Shown here one piece after another: positions 55,811 to 64,000 of a stretch of DNA of 64,000 nucleotides. The notes beneath the pieces are model-generated. The model ran no database searches, was not told the DNA's origin, and saw only the letters and a list, made by a program, of their open reading frames with translations. The translations under genes were made by a program, and so were the position numbers. Origin of the DNA: an uncultured Verrucomicrobiae bacterium (GTDB taxonomy: Bacteria; Chlamydiota; Chlamydiia; Chlamydiales; Rhabdochlamydiaceae); assembly GCA_963813135.1 (NCBI GenBank), contig CAWEXY010000011.1, positions 128,001-192,000 on the forward strand, given 5' to 3'. Position 1 is the stretch's first letter. Each line of letters begins with the position of its first letter.

Positions 55811-56511
55811 ATGATTCTTGTCTATCATGATAGAGGCTCGTGCGACCTGAGTTCCGACGCCCTGACAAGCGAACTCAGAAAATGCTTTTCGAGGGTCCAG
55901 AAAGTGGATAGCCATTTTCTTAAAACGGCGCCCTGGGAACTGACTGCCTCGGCCCTCGTCATGGGAGGCGGAACTTGTTCGGTATGGGAAGAGCAATTGC
56001 AACAATCGGGAATGGAAAAAATCCACAATTTTGTCATGCGAGGAGGAAAATTCGTCGGATTTTGCGCGGGCGCTTACTTTAGCGCTCCCTACAGTTGTTT
56101 TTCCTATGCGAGCGGTCTCCTCATCGAAAAAAGTCGGCCGCTTAAATTTTTTGAAGGAAAGGCAGTGGGCCCGCTCATACCCACGGACAATCCACTGGGA
56201 CCTGAGTCCGCACAAGCCATCGCTATCAAAATGGGTATCGCAAAGGGATTTTGTTACTACCAGGGAGGCTGTTATTTCGATGTGGACAATCGGGCGGAGG
56301 TCTTAGCCTATTATGACAGCCCTTATGAAAAGCCTGCCATGATCAAGGCAAAATCGGCCCTTCTCTGCGGCTTCCATCCCGAGTTTTCTTGGGGAATCTG
56401 CAGAAATATTCAGATCCAGCTTTTGGCGCCCTAGTGGATATTCTTTCAACGCAGGAGGCTTTCCGCCGCATCGTTTGGCAAAAAGTTCTCGATCACCTTT
56501 CTCAAGAATAA
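55811..56511 (+). CDS. BPL-N (class I GATase-like) domain protein, frameshift near 56391
   Basis: ILVYHDRG, VMGGG, FVGFCAGAY, HPEF; shifted frame continues NLQKYSDP..LSQE* to 56511. Confidence 0.75.
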
Positions 56512-58722
56512 TCGCTAGGATCGAAATAGAGGATCCAAGGATGGCCTTTAGCACGAAACATTGCGTTTCCAAGAGGTGATCGGCGCGCCCATGGTTCAGG
56601 TGCGGTCGACGCGCCACAGCTCGAGCTTTTTCGTTCGGGGGCTGACGACGAATGCGAAATAATTATGCAGCCAGTTGGTGTCGGCAAAGAAAAGGACGCG
56701 GGGGGCAAGGCCGATCTCGCGCGCTCTATCTGCAATAAGCGCATGAACGTCCATCGGCTGATATTGCAGATGCATCTTGGCTATATTTTTAGTTCTTGGC
56801 TGTGCAATGGGAAGGCAGATTTTCAGGCAGGGAAACAGGAACTTTCCAAGGGGCCAGAAGCTCTTGTAAAACCCTTTGACATTGGTCGCGAGCAACTAAT
56901 GGTGAGCGACTCAAAAAGTTCCGCATCGGACAGTTTAGGATCGAAAAGAGCCGGCTGCTTTTTCATAGAATTCTTGCATCGGGAGGAGGAAATTATCGCG
57001 CACCCATGTATCGGTCGAAGCCGCGTGCCATCCCTCAGCGGAAGGAAGGCATGCCCGGCTTTAACAGAAACTCGTGCGTAGGGGATTGCATGAGCATGCT
57101 TTTCGCAGGATTTTGCAAAAATTGATCGGTGATTTTGGGGGGTAAGCTCTTGAGGGCCTCTAAAAGAAAAATGCAAAGATCGAGAGGATCTTCAACGCTG
57201 CGGCTTTCTTGATGGGGGGCTGATTCCTTGCCGAAATATGTTTTCAGCAAGAATTTCCATGGTGCCGCCTGAAAGATAGGCCCACGGTGTGCGCCCGATC
57301 TTTTTGGTGCGGGCAGGCGCTGATTTCAAAAACTCCTCGGAACGAATCTGCTGCAGCGCGGCAGTTGTTGCGAGAGTGGCGAGCTCTTTTCCCTTCCGTT
57401 GCGCACCCATGCGCAATGGAAGCTTCGCTCAAGTTAAAAAAATCGACGAGGCTGCGGATATACTCATCGGATGAGCGCACGATCGTCCATATGGAAGCAT
57501 CGGCGCGCCCATGCTTATAGACAAGCCGAAAACCTGCAGGGCTGTCTTCATAGGCCTCTTCGCGCACTTCCGCCATTTCAGGATCATAGATCTCCTGAAA
57601 ATACTCGGGGAATTTTCTATCGTATTCCTGAATAAGATAATTAAAAAAGTTAGCGTAGCGCTTTCCTCTCTCTTCATAATCTTCGGCCAGATCGCGGCAG
57701 GCTAGGCTGTGGTAATACCGCGCTTGATATTCGGCTTTAAGGCGGCGCGCTTCGGCCTCTGTTTCCGCGCGGCGCAGCAAAGCCTCGACCGAACGCACTT
57801 GATCAATCGCTGCATTATACTCTCCGGCATACTCCTGAAGTTTTTCGTTGGCCGATTGAAGTTTTTCGTCGATGAGGCGGAACAGCACTTCGCCCAGTCC
57901 TCCTTTTTCGCCCGGATGCAGCCCCAAGCTCGTGTAGAGGTTCCACCGAGAAAATTCCATCTTGATCTCGGAATATGATGCGAGCGTAAACTCCCACGCT
58001 TTGAGAAGGGCGTGATCGACATATCCCTTAAACTGCGCTTTCGCCTGTTCGGGGATGATTTTTTCTAGCGGCGTGTCCGGATGGATTTTTGCAGGAAGGG
58101 CCACGTGTTGAAGGCTGGGGCTTTCCCGCAGAGGATGATGATCGGCTTTTTTATAAAGGTCCCCGCGTCCCCAGCTCAGGGACAAAGGAACGGTATATTC
58201 TTTTCCTCCAAAGGTCCGGCGAAGACGCCCTGTGGTGAGTAAGTCGTAAAGATCGAGCAAGAAGCGATCGGGCTCCTCTTCCTGGATAAGGATCGCAGGC
58301 GCCGTGGCAAAGCAAGAGCCGACATTTTGCCGCAAGGGCGTGAGGGCGGCAGAAACGACGGCGCGGCGGACATGAACGTCCGTCAATGTGGTGTTCGAAG
58401 AGAGCTGGAGAGAATCTTGGATCAGTTTTTCAGCGCCCTTGTGGCATAGAGGCAATTGAAAACGAAGAAAGCTGCGAAAAAACCGGTCATCGGTCTTCCA
58501 ACGCTGCAAAAACTTTTCTTGGTGCTTCCTCAAAAGCTCGTCGGAGAGCCCATTCAAATAAAATGGAGCGGGTAAAATAATTTCAGGACGCTGCAATTTT
58601 CCTTCTTCGTCTACGAGAAGAGAGGCCAGCGCGCGGGCGCGGCTGACAGCCCGATAGCTATAAGAATCTTGAATTCCTACCACATCGAATGCATGCGAAA
58701 GAGTTTTTTCGTCTAAAAACAT
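56502..58722 (-). CDS. Large conserved hypothetical protein, multiple frameshifts in 3' third
   Basis: ORF 57244..58755 (LRQNVGSCFATAPAILIQ) continues through overlapping ORFs (TPWAYLSGGTM, HAFL, FADTNW, WILYFDP). Confidence 0.6.
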
Positions 58723-58772
58723 TTCGGTTTTTGCTACAATTGCCTGAAACACCACAAATTACCACGGAAGTT

Positions 58773-60707
58773 ATGAAGATACAAGTCGATGCAGAATGGA
58801 TGGAGCTCCCCGAAGGGAGTTTAGCTAAAGATGTTGCCGAAAAAAAACGCCTCACAGGCCCAGACCAAGCCCTTGCTGTCTCCATCAATGGAAAACTTTT
58901 CGACCTGACAGCGCCTTTAAAAGAGGGAGACCAACTCCACTTTCTCAACTTTTCCGAGAAAGAAGGAAAAGAAGTTTTTTGGCATACCTCCGCTCACGTC
59001 CTGGCTCAAGCGATCCTGCGCCTATTTCCCGATGCCAAACCGACCATCGGCCCGCCGATCGAGCAAGGGTTTTATTATGATTTTGCCAACCTCTCCCTCT
59101 CCGACGCCGATTTTGCCAAGATCGAAGAAGAGATGCAAAAAATCCTCGACGAAAACTATAAACCAAAGCGCCATCTCTTCGAGGATAAGAAAGAAGCGCT
59201 CGCTCGTTTCAAAAAAAATCCCTACAAAATCGAGCTCATCGAAGGATTTGAAGAAGGGCCGATCACGGGCTATGAACAAGGAGAGTTTTTCGATCTCTGC
59301 CGAGGTCCGCACCTTCCCAGCCTAGGAAAAATCAAAGCAATTAAAATTTTAAAAGTCTCCGGCGCGTATTGGAAGGGCGATTCCAAAAAAGAAATGCTCA
59401 CCCGCATTTACGCCATTTCCTATCCCGACCGCAAACTGCTCAAAGAATTTCTCCACCTTTTAGAAGAGGCCAAAAAGCGCGACCACAAACTCATTGGACA
59501 ACACCTCGATCTCTTCTCCATTCAAGAAGAAGCGCCAGGCTGCCCCTTCATTCATCCGAAAGGAATGATCATCTGGAACCGTCTTGTCGAATTTCTGCGG
59601 GGCCTCAATCGCAAAGCCGGCTACGTCGAAATTAAAACACCTCTTCTGTGCGGCCAGCAGCTGTGGGAGCGGTCCGGCCATTGGAACTATTACCGCGAAA
59701 ACATGTATGCATTTGAGATCGAAGACCGCGCCTATGCGCTCAAGCCGATGAACTGCCCGGGATGCATGCTGTTTTATAAAACCCGCACGCATAGCTACCG
59801 CGAGCTTCCTTTCCGCGTCAGCGAACTGGGCCACGTGCACCGCCACGAACTTTCCGGTGCGCTCAACGGCCTTTTCCGTGTGCGCAGCTTCCACCAGGAC
59901 GACGCCCACCTCTTCATGAAACCCTCCGACATCAAGCAAGAAATTTTAGGAATTTTAGGACTCGTCGAAGAAATTTACAGCACCTTTGGCCTTGCGTACC
60001 GCTTTGAACTCTCAACGCGGCCTGAGCAAAGCATCGGCACAGACGAAGACTGGGACCATGCCACCAAAGGACTGCAAGGCGCGCTTGAAGAATGGGGCCA
60101 GCCCTACCAGATCAACGCAGGCGACGGGGCCTTCTATGGGCCCAAAATCGACATCCACATCCGCGATGCCCTGGGGCGTTCGTGGCAATGCGGTACGGTC
60201 CAACTCGACATGGCCCTTCCCGAAAAATTCGCTCTCGAATATATGGATAAGGACGGAATGCATCGCCGGCCAGTCATGGTGCACCGAGCGATCTTCGGAT
60301 CGGTTGAGCGGTTCTTTGGGATATTGATCGAACACTTTGCGGGCAAGTTTCCGCTGTGGATCAGTCCGCTGCCGATTCGTGTGATCACTGTGGCCGACCG
60401 GCACCGTGAATTTGCTTTCCATGCGCTGAGTGAGATCCAAGCGAAGGGCTTTATTGCCGATGTCGATGATACATCCGAGTCGGTCGGTAAAAAAATACGC
60501 AATGCCCAACTCTTGCAGATCAACTACATGCTGACCGTGGGAGACAAAGAAGTGGAAAACAAAACCGTGAGCATCCGCACCCGCGACAACGTTGTCCACG
60601 GTGAGATGCCACTCGATGCGTTCCTCGAAGCGATAGAAACCGAAATGAGAAACAAGTCGCTTAACTCAAGCTTAGGAAGTGCTCATGTGGGTCATAACGA
60701 TCAGTAG
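58773..60707 (+). CDS. thrS: Threonine--tRNA ligase
   Basis: WHTSAHVLAQA, DLCRGPH, KPMNCP, GAFYGPKID, HRAIFGS. Confidence 0.98.
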   Translation: MKIQVDAEWMELPEGSLAKDVAEKKRLTGPDQALAVSINGKLFDLTAPLKEGDQLHFLNFSEKEGKEVFWHTSAHVLAQAILRLFPDAKPTIGPPIEQGFYYDFANLSLSDADFAKIEEEMQKILDENYKPKRHLFEDKKEALARFKKNPYKIELIEGFEEGPITGYEQGEFFDLCRGPHLPSLGKIKAIKILKVSGAYWKGDSKKEMLTRIYAISYPDRKLLKEFLHLLEEAKKRDHKLIGQHLDLFSIQEEAPGCPFIHPKGMIIWNRLVEFLRGLNRKAGYVEIKTPLLCGQQLWERSGHWNYYRENMYAFEIEDRAYALKPMNCPGCMLFYKTRTHSYRELPFRVSELGHVHRHELSGALNGLFRVRSFHQDDAHLFMKPSDIKQEILGILGLVEEIYSTFGLAYRFELSTRPEQSIGTDEDWDHATKGLQGALEEWGQPYQINAGDGAFYGPKIDIHIRDALGRSWQCGTVQLDMALPEKFALEYMDKDGMHRRPVMVHRAIFGSVERFFGILIEHFAGKFPLWISPLPIRVITVADRHREFAFHALSEIQAKGFIADVDDTSESVGKKIRNAQLLQINYMLTVGDKEVENKTVSIRTRDNVVHGEMPLDAFLEAIETEMRNKSLNSSLGSAHVGHNDQ

Positions 60708-61455
60708 TTTTAAAGGCGGAACCGCCAAGACATCGACGTCGCTCCATATCGGAGCTGCGCTCGCTCGGAAGCATAAGCAAAAAGTCCTCCTCATCGACTT
60801 CGATGCCCAGGCCAATCTCACATCCGGCCTCGGCTACGATCCCGATGCGCACGATAGCTTAGCTCCCGTTCTTCAGCGCAAAAAAACCATCCAAGAAGTC
60901 ATCTTAAAAACGTCGATCCCCAACCTCTTCCTCATTCCCGCAGACACCTGGCTAGAGCGCATCGAAGTCACCGAGGCCTTGGCCGGCGATCGCTACTCGC
61001 ATGAGCGCCTCAAAGAGCTTCTCAAATCGCTCAAAGGGTTTGACACGGTCATCATCGATACCCCGCCATCGCTGTGCTGGCTCACCGAGTCGGCCCTCAT
61101 CGCTTCCCAATTTGCCCTCGTCACCGCCACACCTGAGTTTTACAGCGTGAAAGGACTGCAGCGCCTCTCCCAATTTCTCACGAGCATCGGCGAGCGCCAT
61201 ACCCTTGACGTCCTCGGCATCGTCCTGTCCTTTTGGAATCCCCGCGGCAAAAGCAACGACGCGTTCCTCGACGTCATCGAACAGACCTTCCCGGGCAAAA
61301 TGCTCAAAGCCAAAGTCCGCCGCGACATTTCCGTCTCCGAAGCTTCTGTCCATGGGAAATCGGTCTTTGAAATCGCCCCCAGTTCGCGCGCGGCTGAAGA
61401 CTATACCTCTCTTGCCAAAGAACTCTTAAAGAGACTACAGAAATGTCCAAAATGA
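60685..61455 (+). CDS. parA: ParA family ATPase (chromosomal pGP5-D-like)
   Basis: FKGGTAKTS, IDFDAQANLT, IIDTPP. Confidence 0.9.
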   Translation: MWVITISSFKGGTAKTSTSLHIGAALARKHKQKVLLIDFDAQANLTSGLGYDPDAHDSLAPVLQRKKTIQEVILKTSIPNLFLIPADTWLERIEVTEALAGDRYSHERLKELLKSLKGFDTVIIDTPPSLCWLTESALIASQFALVTATPEFYSVKGLQRLSQFLTSIGERHTLDVLGIVLSFWNPRGKSNDAFLDVIEQTFPGKMLKAKVRRDISVSEASVHGKSVFEIAPSSRAAEDYTSLAKELLKRLQKCPK

Positions 61456-62192
61456 ACTCCCTTCTTTCGTCCCGCCTAAAGGCAGCGACGCAAAAGCTCA
61501 CGAAGATGACGTCTCTCGCTGAACTGTCTGCCGAAGGACAACTTTCCTCTTTCTCCGGAGTCTTCCGCGTCACGCCTCTTTCGCTGATGGAACAATCGGC
61601 CCTCGAAGCCCTCCTGGAAAATTATAAAAGCGAAGCGCAAGAAATCGGCGCCGACCTCTCGCAACTCTCCAGCATCACTTCCGAAGTAAGGGCCATCAAC
61701 AACCAAGCCGCCATTCTCCATGGCGAGCGCATCAAAAAAGCGCAAGAGATCCTCAAAAAATACCGCGATGGCGCCTTTTCCGCCTGGCTCGTTACCACCT
61801 ATGGGAATCGACAAACTCCCTATAATTTTCTCCAATATTATGAGCTCTTTCTGCAACTGCCCAAAGCGCTCCATGAAAACCTCGACCGTATGCCGCGCCA
61901 AGCCGTCTACACTCTGGCCAGCCGCGATGCTCCCCTCGAGCGCAAGGAAGCGATCATCCAAAATTACCGCGGCGAGAAAAAGCGTGAGATATTAAAAATC
62001 ATCCGCAAGACATTTCCCCTCGCAGGCGATGATAAGCGCGCGGAAGACACCGCAGCGCAAGCGATTTCCTCTCTGCAAAAAACATTGGAAATCGTCAAAG
62101 AGAAGCGATTCAGCCCCAGCCCTGCTCAACAGCAGACACTGCTAGGCCTCATCCGCGACATCGAGCGCCGCATCGAAGCTAATAACACTTAG
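61443..62192 (+). CDS. Chromosomal pGP6-D-like protein
   Basis: INNQAAILHGERIKK, FSAWL..YGNRQTPYNFLQYYE, YTLASR; follows parA as in Chlamydia. Confidence 0.85.
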   Translation: MSKMNSLLSSRLKAATQKLTKMTSLAELSAEGQLSSFSGVFRVTPLSLMEQSALEALLENYKSEAQEIGADLSQLSSITSEVRAINNQAAILHGERIKKAQEILKKYRDGAFSAWLVTTYGNRQTPYNFLQYYELFLQLPKALHENLDRMPRQAVYTLASRDAPLERKEAIIQNYRGEKKREILKIIRKTFPLAGDDKRAEDTAAQAISSLQKTLEIVKEKRFSPSPAQQQTLLGLIRDIERRIEANNT

Positions 62193-62258
62193 AGAAAATT
62201 TGACAACCGCTCTCGACAACAAACTTCTAATCTTTGAGAACAATAGGTTTCTGCAAAT

Positions 62259-63350
62259 TTACAAATTGAGATTCTGATCCAACAAGAATGCATGTAAGAC
62301 TTTTATAGGGCCTTCTTCCGAAAGACAATAGACTTGACCCCAGATTGGTTTAATAAGCCAGCCATCTATATCTCTTGCGGCATCTTCTAAGGTTCTGTTC
62401 AATAAGCCTAGTCTATTTTTGATGTCTAAACTCTTGTCAGAAGTGAAGCATAGAACTTTTTCACCATTCAGTCCTAGAACAGCAAAATCTATTAATTCCC
62501 CATCGCATAAGTCATCTTTGCGACTTAATGGTTCGTATTGATCCAGCCAAGCCTTGACTTGAGCGAATTCTGGATTGCTAGGATCTCGAGCTAATATTTT
62601 TGCAAAGGTGTAATATCTGTTTTCTGCTAGTCTGAAAAACCCAATTTTATTTCCATTTATGAATTGGTCATGAAAAAAAGCAAAAAGAGAATCAAACCAC
62701 ATTTTAGCCTTTTCAAACATGACAAAAGCTTCTTGCTTGGAAATTTGATCAGGCTGAATGAACGGAAAGGTCGTCAACAGGTTCCATGTGAGTTGTCCCA
62801 ACAAATTAGCTAGAACGTCTTCTTGATGATCAGAAAGATGTTGGCGGTATCTTTTTAAAGTAAGTTGCACCAACTCCTTTGCTGCGTCGCTGGTAGCGTA
62901 TTTTTCAATTTTTTCATCAAGCAACTTCACTAGTGAATCCGCCTTCAACTCTTTCATCTGAGTTAGAAGAGAATAAAAGATTTCATGCATTCCATTCAAA
63001 AAAACGGCTATTTCCTCTTGAAGATTTTTCAAATCTACCGTGCTTAAATTTTTCGGATTGGGCATATTCTTGATATAAGTTTGGACCAATTTAACTACTG
63101 TTTTGTATCCTTGGCTACTATGCAGCAAATGTAACACCCCACCCAATCCAATACTTTCTAGAAAAAGGAAAGGGGTAAAAATTGGATCGCATCCCTTAAT
63201 TAAATCAATGTTGTGCGTCTCACATTCGTCAATGAATTCGTTCCAACAACACTCATTGTCGCGCTTCGTTAATCTCCCAGAAAAATTTGAATCGAAATAA
63301 GATTTCACAATTAAATAAACCAAGTTATTGCTATTATTTTCTTGCGTCAT
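62259..63350 (-). CDS. AT-rich hypothetical protein, possibly PIN-like
   Basis: 363 aa; YFDSN near N-terminus and CDGELIDFA..CFTSD near C-terminus resemble PIN acidic motifs. Confidence 0.55.
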   Translation of the reverse strand: MTQENNSNNLVYLIVKSYFDSNFSGRLTKRDNECCWNEFIDECETHNIDLIKGCDPIFTPFLFLESIGLGGVLHLLHSSQGYKTVVKLVQTYIKNMPNPKNLSTVDLKNLQEEIAVFLNGMHEIFYSLLTQMKELKADSLVKLLDEKIEKYATSDAAKELVQLTLKRYRQHLSDHQEDVLANLLGQLTWNLLTTFPFIQPDQISKQEAFVMFEKAKMWFDSLFAFFHDQFINGNKIGFFRLAENRYYTFAKILARDPSNPEFAQVKAWLDQYEPLSRKDDLCDGELIDFAVLGLNGEKVLCFTSDKSLDIKNRLGLLNRTLEDAARDIDGWLIKPIWGQVYCLSEEGPIKVLHAFLLDQNLNL

Positions 63351-63395
63351 AAATATCCTTTATAAATTATCGGCTTTGAAAGGTTGAAAATTATT

Positions 63396-63698
63396 TTAGG
63401 CGATTCTTATTTCTAAGTTTCTTCCTAATGCGCTAACAGCCATAGCCAAAGATTTGAGCGTACAACTTTTTCTAGGATCTAACAAACGATTAACAGAGGC
63501 GCGACTCGTCTTCAATCTTTTGGCAAATTGACTTTTTGTCATTTTTTGCTTTTTTAATTCTTTTTCGAGCTGAAATGCGATGACTCTTTTAATAGCTTCG
63601 GCATTACATTCTTCAAATAAACCCTCTTCCTTCAAGAAGTCATCAAAACTAGAGCCTCTATGTTTATTTTTCACTTTTTTTCTCTTTTTTTTATCCAT
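63396..63698 (-). CDS. XRE-HTH antitoxin (HigA-like)
   Basis: GSSFDDFLKEEG, MTKSQFAKRLKTSRASVNRLLDP, TLKSL; downstream of toxin. Confidence 0.85.
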   Translation of the reverse strand: MDKKKRKKVKNKHRGSSFDDFLKEEGLFEECNAEAIKRVIAFQLEKELKKQKMTKSQFAKRLKTSRASVNRLLDPRKSCTLKSLAMAVSALGRNLEIRIA

Positions 63699-63999
63699 AT
63701 TTTTTAGCTCGTTTTCGTGCCAACTCTAGATCTTGTTCTGGCATTTTTTGACTCTTTTTTATGAAGCCATGAAGCAGAACCATTTCACCATCTGCCATTT
63801 TAAAAATTATTCTCGCAATCCCATGGGGAATATGCGATCTCGACTCCCATAATCCCTTTCCTAAACTGCGGACTAAGGGCATTCCTAATGGCCATCCTAT
63901 CTGAATCGTTCTAAGGTCGTTCCCAATTTCCTTTCTAGCTTCTTTAGTTAAAGTACGCAACCATTCTCTAACGGGTTCGTTGCCGCTACCTTCTTCTTT
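63691..63999 (-). CDS. RelE/Gp49-like toxin, 5' truncated by window edge
   Basis: GNEPVREWL, GWPLGMPLVRSLGKGLWESRS, LLHGFIKKSQK. Confidence 0.85.
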   Translation of the reverse strand, partial: KEEGSGNEPVREWLRTLTKEARKEIGNDLRTIQIGWPLGMPLVRSLGKGLWESRSHIPHGIARIIFKMADGEMVLLHGFIKKSQKMPEQDLELARKRAKKYG

Positions 64000-64000
64000 A

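Noticed and set aside
60685..62192. Integrated plasmid (pGP5/pGP6 homologues)
   Set aside because: thrS-parA-pGP6-D is the normal chromosomal arrangement in chlamydiae.
1..64000. Complete DGR cassette (template repeat, reverse transcriptase, Avd)
   Set aside because: I found no AAC-rich non-coding copy of the loop and no ORF with RT motifs; only target-side signatures are present.

Overview
64 kb of a chromosome from an environmental chlamydia (Chlamydiota). Evidence: sigma66-type RpoD, a MOMP-like porin, thrS-parA-pGP6-D order, the gspD-E-F-G block, aspC-mreC and recC-MFS pairs. Most of the window is core genes. About nine genes are broken by frameshifts, several at homopolymers, which is most likely assembly error. 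The standout is a tandem pair of eukaryotic-type (TKL-like) Ser/Thr kinase genes (23699-28500, minus strand) fused to a repeated C-terminal domain ending GVGGLRKF. The last loop of each domain is a hypervariable run of codons almost all ending in C (NNC), between adenine-poor constant flanks. Each gene is followed by the same non-coding element; the shared block is 132 bp with 2 mismatches and includes a 62-nt adenine-free tract and a 13-nt G/C run. This is the footprint expected of diversity-generating retroelement (DGR) target genes. No template repeat or reverse transcriptase is visible in this window, so they would be remote targets. Other notable items: a duplicated promoter/terminator slot carrying two different cargo genes (one a MORN protein with a CaaX-like end), four long palindromic or hairpin elements, a perfect sigma54 promoter, a signal-peptide-bearing sirtuin, a tRNA-Ala-linked remnant, and an AT-rich PIN-like/toxin-antitoxin island at the right end.
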